From Clostridia bacterium (lineage in GTDB: Bacteria > Bacillota > Clostridia > HGM11514), in the NCBI GenBank assembly GCA_045586685.1, contig JAZNAU010000053.1, positions 1-32,807 of the forward strand: a DNA stretch of 32,807 nucleotides, written 5' to 3'. Below the pieces are notes generated by a model. That model saw only the letters and a list, made by a program, of their open reading frames with translations, made no database searches and had not been told where the DNA came from. Shown piece after piece: positions 17,987 through 26,584 of the stretch (positions are counted from its first letter, which is position 1; each line of letters begins with the position of its first letter). The translations under genes were made by a program, and so were the position numbers.

Positions 17987-19099
17987 GTGAGAATCATGAA
18001 TCCGGCAGAACGAAAAAAACAGATTCTGCGGGCTGTGGTGGAAGAGTATATCCGAACAGCAGAGCCGGTTGGCTCAGCCGCCATTGTAAAACAGTACTTC
18101 AGCGATGTTTCCTCCGCTACCATCCGTAACGATATGGCGGAGCTGGAACGGGCGGAATACTTATTTCAGCCCCATACCTCTGCTGGAAGAGTGCCTACCC
18201 AAAGCGGTTACCGAGCTTACTTAGATTGGTTAATGGAACGGCGTCGTCCAAAAGCGGAGGATATGATAGCACTGCAAAATGCAATTCAGCGGGGAATGCC
18301 CCATTGGGAGAAAACCATCCGTGAGGTAACAGAATGTCTGGCTCATTTGACGGGCTATGCTGCCATTTCTGCTTCCCCCCGTCTTTCCAAAAGTAAGATA
18401 AAGCAGATTCAGCTGATTCGGTTGGACGGATTGAATCTGGTGCTGATTGTGTTTGCAGACCATGATGTGGTAAAGCATCACCATATTCGTTTGGAATTTC
18501 CTATTGATAAGGAGTTAGCAGATCAAGTTTCTCAGATGTTGAACCGTGAATTTGCCAATATGAGAATGGAGCATATTGATGAGCAAAGTTTTATTCGGAT
18601 GATGTGTCTGTTTGAATCCAATCCTGAGTTGATTGCCAAGGTGCTCAGGCTAATCGTGGGAGCGATTGAGGAAATGACGGATGTGACCGTTTATTTATAC
18701 GGTGTGTCTAATCTGTTTACCTGTCCTGAGTTTGGGGACATTGAACGGGCGAAGGCGCTGTATGATTTTCTGGATGATTCGGCAAAGGTACAGCAGTTGT
18801 TTTTGACAGCTGGGGAACAAGCAGGAACCCAGATGATAATCGGTTCTGAAATCGGAATCCCTGAAATGAGCGATTGCGGACTGGTGCTGGCACGGTATTT
18901 GCCTCAGAGAACAGTATCGGGGATGATTGGGTTGATCGGTCCCAGTCGTATGGATTATAGCAGGTCGGCAGGCCTGATGGATTATTTGATAAAGCATTTG
19001 GACAGAATGATTTGCAAAACCGTTAATGCAGAGGATAATCAGTTGATTCTGCGTTCGGGAGGCTCGTTTTTCCGTCCCTTTGTAAGGAGTGATGAATAA
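17987..19099 (+). CDS. hrcA: Heat-inducible transcription repressor HrcA (start may be ATG 17996)
   Basis: YIRTAEPVGS, SSATIRNDMAELE, QPHTSAGRVPT, IGPSRMDY. Confidence 0.96.
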   Translation: MRIMNPAERKKQILRAVVEEYIRTAEPVGSAAIVKQYFSDVSSATIRNDMAELERAEYLFQPHTSAGRVPTQSGYRAYLDWLMERRRPKAEDMIALQNAIQRGMPHWEKTIREVTECLAHLTGYAAISASPRLSKSKIKQIQLIRLDGLNLVLIVFADHDVVKHHHIRLEFPIDKELADQVSQMLNREFANMRMEHIDEQSFIRMMCLFESNPELIAKVLRLIVGAIEEMTDVTVYLYGVSNLFTCPEFGDIERAKALYDFLDDSAKVQQLFLTAGEQAGTQMIIGSEIGIPEMSDCGLVLARYLPQRTVSGMIGLIGPSRMDYSRSAGLMDYLIKHLDRMICKTVNAEDNQLILRSGGSFFRPFVRSDE

Positions 19100-19618
19100 A
19101 TGGCGAAAAAAAAGGAAACTGTTGAGCAACAGGAAGTAAAAGAGGAAGTAAAAGAGGAAGTAAAGGAAGAGGTTTTAGAAGAAAAAACCGAGGAGCGGGA
19201 TGAACTGGCAGAGTGCAAGGATCAACTACTCCGTACTCTTGCTGAGTATGATAACTACCGGAAACGTACTGTCAAGGAAAAGGAAGCACTGCGGAAGGAA
19301 TGTATTGCAGATTCAGTGGAAAGCTTCTTGCCCGTGATTGACAATCTTCACAGAGCAAAGGAAAGTCTGGCGTCTCAAGAAGGGGTTGACACTCAAGGAG
19401 TTGAACTGGTGTTAAAGCAGTTTGAGGAAATTATGGCATCCTTAGGTGTAGAAGAAATTATTGCAGAGGGTCAGGAATTTGACCCCAATCTTCACAATGC
19501 GGTGATGCATGTGGAGGATGAAAATTTAGGTGAAAACATGGTAGCCGAGGTGTTTTCCAAAGGCTATCGTATTGGTGAACGGGTCATCCGTCACTGTGTT
19601 GTAAAAGTTGCAAATTAA
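19100..19618 (+). CDS. grpE: Nucleotide exchange factor GrpE
   Basis: AEYDNYRKR, FDPNLHNAV, KGY....VIR...V.V. Confidence 0.97.
   Translation: MAKKKETVEQQEVKEEVKEEVKEEVLEEKTEERDELAECKDQLLRTLAEYDNYRKRTVKEKEALRKECIADSVESFLPVIDNLHRAKESLASQEGVDTQGVELVLKQFEEIMASLGVEEIIAEGQEFDPNLHNAVMHVEDENLGENMVAEVFSKGYRIGERVIRHCVVKVAN
19131..19166 (+). repeat. 12-bp tandem repeat (three copies, encoding EEVK) in the grpE N-terminus
   Basis: AGGAAGTAAAAG repeated three times, last copy imperfect. Confidence 0.8.
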
Positions 19619-19635
19619 GTTAGGAGGAAATAAGA

Positions 19636-21465
19636 ATGGCAAAAATTATTGGAATTGATTTAGGAACAACAAACTCTTGTGAAGCAGTAATCGAAGGCGG
19701 TGAGCCTACTGTTATTGCAAATCCGGAAGGAGCCAGAACCACCCCTTCTGTTGTAGCATTTTCTAAAGGAGGAGAACGTCTGGAAGGTCAGGTGGCAAAG
19801 CGTCAGGCAATTACCAATCCTGACAGAACCATTATGTCTATCAAACGTGAAATGGGAACTGATTATACTGTTGCAATCGATGATAAGAAATACACTCCTC
19901 AGGAAATTTCCGCAATGGTTCTACAAAAGCTGAAGGCAGATGCAGAAAGCTACTTAGGAGAAACGGTTTCTCAGGCGGTTATCACTGTTCCTGCTTATTT
20001 TAGTGACGCACAGCGTCAGGCAACCAAGGACGCAGGAAAAATTGCGGGTTTGGAAGTGCTTCGTATTATCAACGAGCCAACTGCTGCAGCTCTTGCTTAT
20101 GGCTTGGATAAGGACGAAGATCAGAAGATTATGGTGTATGATTTAGGCGGAGGTACCTTCGACGTTTCTATTCTGGAAATTGCAGATGATGTATTTGAAG
20201 TGCTGGCAACCAGCGGTAATAACCGTCTGGGCGGTGACGATTTTGATGATAAGATTATCGATTTCTTAGCGGCTGAATTTAAAAAGGAAAACGGCATTGA
20301 CTTAAAGCAGGATAAAATGGCATATCAGCGGTTGAAGGAAGCGGCAGAAAAGGCAAAGATTGAACTGTCCGGTGTAACTTCCACCAACATTAACTTGCCC
20401 TTCATTTCTGCAGATGCAACAGGTCCCAAGCATTTGGATGTGACCTTAACCCGTGCCAAATTTGATGAAATGACCGCAGATTTGGTAGCAGCTACCATTG
20501 ACCCTGCAAAACGGGCACTTTCCGATGCCGGTTTAACTGCGGATCAGGTGGATAAGGTTATCTTGGTAGGGGGTTCTACAAGAATTCCCGCTGTTGTGGA
20601 AGCAGTCAAGAAATTAACAGGAAAAGAACCTCATAAGGGCATCAATCCTGATGAATGTGTTGCAGTAGGTGCTGCATTGCAGGCAGGTGTATTGGTGGGT
20701 GATGTAACAGGGCTTTTACTGTTGGACGTTGCACCTCTTTCTTTGGGAATTGAAACCTACGGCGGTGTGTTTACCAAACTGATTGAAAGAAATACTACTA
20801 TTCCTACCAAGAAGAGTCAGGTGTTCTCTACGGCGGCTGATAATCAGACTAATGTAGAAGTTCATGTGCTCCAAGGGGAACGTGAACTGGCAGCTTACAA
20901 TAAGACTTTAGGACGTTTCACTCTGTCCGATATTCCCATGGCACCCAGAGGAGTACCCCAGATTGAAGTTACCTTTGATATTGATGCAAACGGTATCGTT
21001 CATGTATCTGCAAAGGATTTGGGCACAGGAAATGAACAAAACATTACCATTACCGCAAGCTCCAATTTGAGCGATGAAGAAATCGATAAGGCTGTAAAAG
21101 AAGCAGAAAAGTTTGCGGAAGAGGACAGAAAGAAGAAGGAAGAAGTAGAAATTAAGAATAACGCTGAATCTTTGTGCGGTCAGGTAGAACGGACCATCAA
21201 GGATTTAGGCGATAAGATTTCCGATAGTGAAAAATCTGAGCTGGAAGCAATGGTAAAGGATTTGAAGGAAAAGACTGCAGGAACTGACATTGAAGCAATC
21301 AAGGCGGGCAGCGAAGCACTGACCAATAAATTTAGTGAAATTTCTACCAAGCTGTATCAGGAAGCAGCAGCACAGCAACAGGCAGCACAGGGTCAGCAGT
21401 CCGCAGACGATAATGTGGTGGATGCTGATTATGAGGTTGTGGACGAGGACGGAAACAAGCAATAA
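19636..21465 (+). CDS. dnaK: Chaperone DnaK
   Basis: [46 protein letters not shown]. Confidence 0.99.
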   Translation: MAKIIGIDLGTTNSCEAVIEGGEPTVIANPEGARTTPSVVAFSKGGERLEGQVAKRQAITNPDRTIMSIKREMGTDYTVAIDDKKYTPQEISAMVLQKLKADAESYLGETVSQAVITVPAYFSDAQRQATKDAGKIAGLEVLRIINEPTAAALAYGLDKDEDQKIMVYDLGGGTFDVSILEIADDVFEVLATSGNNRLGGDDFDDKIIDFLAAEFKKENGIDLKQDKMAYQRLKEAAEKAKIELSGVTSTNINLPFISADATGPKHLDVTLTRAKFDEMTADLVAATIDPAKRALSDAGLTADQVDKVILVGGSTRIPAVVEAVKKLTGKEPHKGINPDECVAVGAALQAGVLVGDVTGLLLLDVAPLSLGIETYGGVFTKLIERNTTIPTKKSQVFSTAADNQTNVEVHVLQGERELAAYNKTLGRFTLSDIPMAPRGVPQIEVTFDIDANGIVHVSAKDLGTGNEQNITITASSNLSDEEIDKAVKEAEKFAEEDRKKKEEVEIKNNAESLCGQVERTIKDLGDKISDSEKSELEAMVKDLKEKTAGTDIEAIKAGSEALTNKFSEISTKLYQEAAAQQQAAQGQQSADDNVVDADYEVVDEDGNKQ

Positions 21466-21481
21466 AAAGGATTGAGGATTT

Positions 21482-22630
21482 ATGGCGGATAAAAGGGACT
21501 ACTATGAGGTCTTAGGGATTGAGAAGGGTGCCGGTGAGGACCAGATTAAAAAGGCTTACCGTAAAAAAGCAAAGCAGTATCATCCCGACATCAATAAGGA
21601 TAACCCCCAAGCGGAAGAAAAGTTTAAAGAAGTCAACGAGGCGTATGAAGTACTAAGCGACCCCCAGAAAAAACAGGCGTATGACCAATTCGGCCATGCA
21701 GGGGTTGACCCCAATGCAGGCTTTGGCGGCGGAGGTGCCGGTGGTTTTGGCGGATTTGATATGGGAGATATCTTTGAAAGCTTTTTCGGCGGTGGTTTTG
21801 GAGGCGGCTTTGGCGGCGGTGCAAGACGAAACGGCCCCCGAAAGGGCGGGGATATTCACCAGAGCGTGGAACTGACCTTTACCGAAGCGGCATTTGGTAT
21901 AACCAAAGAAATTGTGATTTTAAGGGTGGAGGATTGCGAAACCTGTCAGGGAACGGGAGCGAAAAGCGGTACTTCTCCTGAAGTTTGTCCTACTTGTAAA
22001 GGAACGGGTCAGGTAAAAACTACCCAGAGAACACCTTTGGGGAATTTTGTCAGCACAAGCACTTGTTCTGCTTGTCGAGGAGAAGGAAAAATTGTCAAGG
22101 ACCCATGTACCGTTTGTAACGGTCAGGGGAAGGTGAAACGACGCAGAACCATCTCTGTAAAAATTCCCGCAGGAATTGACAACGGTCAGACCGTTTCTAT
22201 GCGTGGAGAAGGGGATATGGGCTATAAAGGCGGACCCTCCGGTGATTTGCTCATTACCGTCCGAATAAAGAGGCACGACCTGTTTACCCGTGAAGGATAT
22301 CATGTCCATTGTGAAGTGCCCATCACCTTTGTACAGGCAACCTTAGGTTGTGATATTGAGGTTCCCACCATTGACGGAAAAATTCGGTATCATATTCCCG
22401 AAGGAACCCAGACAGATACGGTATTCCGTCTGAAAAATAAGGGTATTCCCTCACTTCGTGGGGGAGGACGGGGCGACCAGTTGGTGAAGGTTGTGGTGGA
22501 AATCCCCAAAAACCTGTCCCAAAAGCAAAAGGAACTACTGATGGAATTTGACAAGGAAACAGGTGGCAGCTATAAGAGAAGCAAAACCTTCTTTGAAAAA
22601 CTAAAAGATTTTTTGGATATTGATAAATAA
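21482..22630 (+). CDS. dnaJ: Chaperone DnaJ
   Basis: J domain with HPD, G/F-rich linker, four CxxCxGxG repeats. Confidence 0.99.
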   Translation: MADKRDYYEVLGIEKGAGEDQIKKAYRKKAKQYHPDINKDNPQAEEKFKEVNEAYEVLSDPQKKQAYDQFGHAGVDPNAGFGGGGAGGFGGFDMGDIFESFFGGGFGGGFGGGARRNGPRKGGDIHQSVELTFTEAAFGITKEIVILRVEDCETCQGTGAKSGTSPEVCPTCKGTGQVKTTQRTPLGNFVSTSTCSACRGEGKIVKDPCTVCNGQGKVKRRRTISVKIPAGIDNGQTVSMRGEGDMGYKGGPSGDLLITVRIKRHDLFTREGYHVHCEVPITFVQATLGCDIEVPTIDGKIRYHIPEGTQTDTVFRLKNKGIPSLRGGGRGDQLVKVVVEIPKNLSQKQKELLMEFDKETGGSYKRSKTFFEKLKDFLDIDK

Positions 22631-22681
22631 AAAGAAAAGCCCGGGGGTGTTTCGTAAAACATTCTAACAGGTGAGTAAGTT

Positions 22682-22717
22682 GGGTGAACAGCTTAGGCTG
22701 TTCACCCTTTTCCTTTG
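22682..22717 (+). terminator. Intrinsic terminator of the dnaK operon
   Basis: Perfect 11-bp stem GGGTGAACAGC-TTAG-GCTGTTCACCC followed by TTTT. Confidence 0.88.
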
Positions 22718-22741
22718 CCTTAAGAAAGATATGCGGATAAC

Positions 22742-22780
22742 AAAAAAGGAAGCTTGGAGATACATCCAAACTTCCTTTTT
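22742..22780 (-). terminator. Intrinsic terminator of the symporter gene
   Basis: AAAAAGGAAGCTTGGA / TCCAAACTTCCTTTTT near-perfect inverted repeat with A/T runs on both sides. Confidence 0.75.
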
Positions 22781-22794
22781 GTATATTAACTATA

Positions 22795-24321
22795 TTAGCC
22801 CTCGTTGTAACAGGTGAAGATTTCTTCAACTCTTTCGTTATCTTTGTTTTGGGTAAATGCACTAACTAACGGAACAATAACCATAGAAACTGCCATTGCC
22901 GCAACACCCATTTCAGGAGATTTTGCAGCCGCTGCTGCGAAACCACTATTAATAGAAATTACAAGTGTTGAAATTCCTACAACCAAAAGTCCCGAAAGGA
23001 TACCTGAGTATGCACCAATCTTTGTAATCTTCTTTGAGAAAAGTCCCCAAATGTAAGGTCCGATAAAGCAACCGGAAACAATTCCCCAAGAGAAAGACAT
23101 TACGCTTACAATAATCGGAATGTTCTGTGTTGCAAAGATAAAGGAACAAGCAACAAACACAAGGCAAAGAATTCTTGTAAGAAGCATCTGTGTTTCAGGT
23201 TTTGTTTCCTTCTTTCTAACTGAAGGGATGAGGTCTACTGCAACTGCTGACGCTGATATCAAAACAACTGCCTCGAGAGTTGACATTGATGCTGAAAGAA
23301 GAAGGATCATAATAACTGCGAGAAGGATAATTCCTGCTGTTCCGCCACCTAGAACCTCCATCAAAACTGTAGGTATAACAGAGTCAACACCGCCTGCAGG
23401 TAATACATTTCCTAAAATAAGTCTTGATGTTGAACCAATAAGGTAAGCACCGCATCCGATTACGATACAGAAAATTGTTGAAATAATGGTTCCTCTCTTA
23501 ATTGCTGCTGTATCTTTGATAGCATAGAACTTACCAATCATCTGAGGAAGTCCCCAGGTACCAAAGGATGTAAGCATAATATTGAAGCAAAGGAACTTAA
23601 AGGATGAACCACCCCATATATTTGTGAGTTGTGCACCATCTTCCGGAATTGCCGAGAGATTCTGAATAAGTCCTGAAATTCCGCCAACTGCATCGTTATT
23701 TAAAACCGCAACTGCAAGGCAGACAACACCCGCTATCATGATAATACCCTGAATGAGGTCTGTGTAAGCTGTCGCAACATATCCGCCGACAACAAGATAT
23801 ACTGCTGTAAGACAAGCTATAATCAGCATCCATACCCATGTTTCAACACCAGGGAATACTACATTAAAGAGTGAACCAAGTCCTTTGTAAACTGCTGCGG
23901 AATATGGAACAAGGAACACGAAAATAATAACTGCGGATAAAACTTTCATACCTTTTGAAGCATATCTTTTTTCAAAGTAATCAGGCATTGTTCTTGCGTT
24001 AAGCTTTTTCGTCATTTTTCTTGTTCTGTTTGCAAACAAGAGCCAAGAAAGCAAGCAACCTAAAACTGCGTTGCCAATACCAATCCATATGCTGCCAACA
24101 CCAATATTCCAACCGAAGTTTCCGGCATATCCGACGAAAACTACTGCCGAAAAGTATGTAGTACCGTAAGCAAAGGCAGTTACCCATGCACCTATATTTC
24201 TGCCTCCGATAAGGAAACCGTCAAGTGTTTTTGATTTGCCGTAACTGATACAGCCAATCAATGCCATTGCAATTGCATATACGCAAAGAGCAATGATTAT
24301 GTAAGTTTGTGCGTTTGTCAT
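22795..24321 (-). CDS. Sodium:solute symporter family protein
   Basis: FLIGGRNIG.W, FSAVVFVGYAG, GGYVATAYTDLIQG, WGLPQM, ASMST; start moved to ATG 24321 after GGAGG. Confidence 0.92.
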   Translation of the reverse strand: MTNAQTYIIIALCVYAIAMALIGCISYGKSKTLDGFLIGGRNIGAWVTAFAYGTTYFSAVVFVGYAGNFGWNIGVGSIWIGIGNAVLGCLLSWLLFANRTRKMTKKLNARTMPDYFEKRYASKGMKVLSAVIIFVFLVPYSAAVYKGLGSLFNVVFPGVETWVWMLIIACLTAVYLVVGGYVATAYTDLIQGIIMIAGVVCLAVAVLNNDAVGGISGLIQNLSAIPEDGAQLTNIWGGSSFKFLCFNIMLTSFGTWGLPQMIGKFYAIKDTAAIKRGTIISTIFCIVIGCGAYLIGSTSRLILGNVLPAGGVDSVIPTVLMEVLGGGTAGIILLAVIMILLLSASMSTLEAVVLISASAVAVDLIPSVRKKETKPETQMLLTRILCLVFVACSFIFATQNIPIIVSVMSFSWGIVSGCFIGPYIWGLFSKKITKIGAYSGILSGLLVVGISTLVISINSGFAAAAAKSPEMGVAAMAVSMVIVPLVSAFTQNKDNERVEEIFTCYNEG

Positions 24322-24409
24322 TTGTTTTTCCTCCAAGTCTTGATTTTTTCTATAACATAGTATATAATATATTTCGTCATTAGTCAAACGAATAGTTTCA
24401 ATCTTTGCT

Positions 24410-24424
24410 ATCGAAAATTTAGAT
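24410..24424. promoter_or_regulatory. Putative LysR recognition site
   Basis: ATC-N9-GAT dyad (T-N11-A) just upstream of lysR in the divergent intergenic region. Confidence 0.55.
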
Positions 24425-24439
24425 GTTGGAGGATGTATA

Positions 24440-25330
24440 ATGGAATTACGCAATTTAATCACGTTTATTCATGTTGCTGAGCTTGGGAGTTTTACGAAAG
24501 CTGCCGAACAACTTGGTTATTCACAATCTACTGTATCATTTCAGATAAAACAGCTTGAAGATGAGCTTGGCTGTCTTTTGTTTGAAAGAATAAATCATAC
24601 AATTACACTTACCGAGAGAGGTTGTGAGCTTGTTGAATATGCTCACAAGGTTCGTTCTCTTACAGATGAGTTCAAAGATAATCTAGAGGAAGAAAAGAAA
24701 TGCTCAGGACATATTCATATTGTAACACCGGATTCAGTTTGTGATGATATGATAAACAACCGTTACATAGATTTTCATAATAAATATCCTGATATATCTA
24801 TAAAATTCACCAATGCCGATACTGCGATTATGTTTGATATGCTTGATCACAACGAAGCTGATATTGTTATGACACTTGATGCCCATTCATACCGAAAAGA
24901 CTATGTAATTGCAAAAGAGGAATTACTTTCTATGCATTTTGTTGCAAGTAGTCAATCTAAATTTGCAGGAATAAAAAATTTATCCATAAAAGACATTGAC
25001 AACGAACCTTTTATTTTAACTGAGTACGGACAAGGTTACAGAAAAGTTTTTGACAAGGAGCTTGCAAAAATGTCCCTTGAAATAACCCCTATTCTTGAAA
25101 TAGGAAGGACAGATATTATTACTTCTATATTAGCAGACGGTGATATGATTTCGTATCTGCCGGATTTCGTTACAAAAGATATGGTGGATGAAGGAAAGCT
25201 TTGCTATCTTGATGTTTGTGATATGAATATTGAAATTTGGAAACAGCTTATCTATCACAAAAACAAGTGGATGTCTAAGGCACTGAAAACATTTATTAAA
25301 TATGTTAAAGAAAATGAATTTGCAAAGTAA
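24440..25330 (+). CDS. LysR family transcriptional regulator
   Basis: N-terminal HTH SFTKAAEQLGYSQSTVSFQIKQLEDELG..LFER; 296 aa; divergent from the symporter. Confidence 0.95.
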   Translation: MELRNLITFIHVAELGSFTKAAEQLGYSQSTVSFQIKQLEDELGCLLFERINHTITLTERGCELVEYAHKVRSLTDEFKDNLEEEKKCSGHIHIVTPDSVCDDMINNRYIDFHNKYPDISIKFTNADTAIMFDMLDHNEADIVMTLDAHSYRKDYVIAKEELLSMHFVASSQSKFAGIKNLSIKDIDNEPFILTEYGQGYRKVFDKELAKMSLEITPILEIGRTDIITSILADGDMISYLPDFVTKDMVDEGKLCYLDVCDMNIEIWKQLIYHKNKWMSKALKTFIKYVKENEFAK

Positions 25331-25443
25331 AATGTTAAGGAAGAAACCAAGTAACATAAACGAAAAGTCCTTGCCTTGTTAAACCATTTCGGGGTGAAGA
25401 TATTCTTTTAGGAGACACACGGCAAGCATGAAAAGAAACAAGA

Positions 25444-25739
25444 CAGCCCTCTCAGGGTTCGACTCCCAGTTATTTTATTTACCAATAAAAAAACACCTCT
25501 GGCGAGGTGCTGTTTTATTGGTGGAAGCGAGGGGAGACAGTCGCTTTGCGCCTTGCTTGCTTGGCGACCCAAAAGCAATGCTTTTCGGTACCCGCCTTCG
25601 CACCTGCTCGTTAAAAACGATTATCAATCGTTTTCTTAACACTTCGCAGCCCTCTCAGGGTTCGACTCCCAGTTATTTTATTTACCAATAAAAAAACACC
25701 TCTGGCGAGGTGCTGTTTTATTGGTGGAAGCGGGGGGAG
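25444..25739. repeat. Direct repeat (93 bp, one mismatch; period 203 bp) containing the tmRNA 3' end, its terminator and an inverted T-arm copy
   Basis: 25444-25536 versus 25647-25739: 86 identical bases, one A/G difference, then GGGGAG. Confidence 0.93.
25684..25725 (-). terminator. tmRNA terminator (second copy at 25481-25522)
   Basis: Minus strand GCACCTC-GCCA-GAGGTGT-TTTTTT; the stem extends via ACCAATAAAA / TTTTATTGGT. Confidence 0.8.
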
Positions 25740-26084
25740 TCGTACCCCTGTCCGAAAATAAATCCACGCAACTTTCTCCGGGTGCAGCAGAACATTAACG
25801 TTCCCTTACCAATTACCGGTTCTGCACGCTGATTGGTTTGGTAGCTTCATTGTTCATGCCGGGGGCAAAGCTTACCCCGGTCACGTTGACCGCTTCATGA
25901 CATTCTATCCCAAGTCGCGGTAGTCAAGGGTAGAACGTCCGCCTGTAATGAGGCGGAATGCAGCGTTACGCTGCTACTAATTCTCTATTAGCGTTTAAAT
26001 TTAAAAATTCCGGATTGTAAAGTGGCTCCGGACCACTACCCGCTTATCACGCTTCACTATCCCCGTCGAAACCCTTACGCCCCC
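25722..26084 (-). ncRNA. ssrA: tmRNA; tag reading frame 25992-25966 encodes ANRELVAA*
   Basis: 5' GGGGGCGTAAGGGTTTCGACGG, 3' CGCTTCCACCA with G3-U alanine determinant, TTTAAAC-GCT resume context, tag ending VAA, position directly downstream of smpB. Confidence 0.96.
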
Positions 26085-26097
26085 AGGGATTACTTTT

Positions 26098-26126
26098 ATT
26101 ATACCATAAACCAAGGGAAATGACAA
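26098..26126 (-). promoter_or_regulatory. sigma-A promoter of ssrA
   Basis: TTGTCA-N17-TATAAT with TG extension. Confidence 0.8.
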
Positions 26127-26134
26127 GTGGTAAA

Positions 26135-26584
26135 TTATCTATTTTTCAAAGCACGCTCCATTTGCCGTTGTGCATCATGCTTTGCTTGAGTATCTCGTTT
26201 GTCATATAACTTTTTCCCCTTAGCAACGGCTAATTCCACCTTGATACGGGCACCGCTGAAATAGAGGCTTAAAGGGACTAAGGTGTAGCCCTCCTGTTTC
26301 ACAAGACCGAACAACTTGTTGATTTCCCGTTTGTGAAGAAGAAGTTTTCTGGGACGCAACGGGTCACGGTTAAAAATATTTCCTTTTTCATAAGGACTGA
26401 TGTGCATTCCCAGAATAAACGCTTCGCCGTTTTTAATTTCCACATAGGAATCCTTCAGGTTACCGTGAGCGGCGCGAAGGGATTTTACCTCTGTTCCGCA
26501 CAGCTCGATTCCTGCTTCCATGGTTTCCATGATGAAATAATCGTGTCTTGCTTTCTTGTTCTGCAGTATTATTTTTCCACTCAT
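26135..26584 (-). CDS. smpB: SsrA-binding protein SmpB
   Basis: [41 protein letters not shown]. Confidence 0.99.
   Translation of the reverse strand: MSGKIILQNKKARHDYFIMETMEAGIELCGTEVKSLRAAHGNLKDSYVEIKNGEAFILGMHISPYEKGNIFNRDPLRPRKLLLHKREINKLFGLVKQEGYTLVPLSLYFSGARIKVELAVAKGKKLYDKRDTQAKHDAQRQMERALKNR

Noticed and set aside
21720-21820. GGCGGC-rich repeats in dnaJ
   Set aside because: Normal G/F-rich linker codons.
25454-25484. tRNA gene on + suggested by GGTTCGACTCCC...ACCA (also at 25657-25687)
   Set aside because: No D-arm, anticodon arm or acceptor stem can be built; it is an isolated inverted T-arm copy.
25428-25691. 87-aa ORF across the repeats
   Set aside because: No RBS or recognisable domain; it merely reads through the non-coding repeat.
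25444-25739. CRISPR array
   Set aside because: Only two repeat copies of about 90 bp, derived from the tmRNA 3' end; no cas genes in the window.
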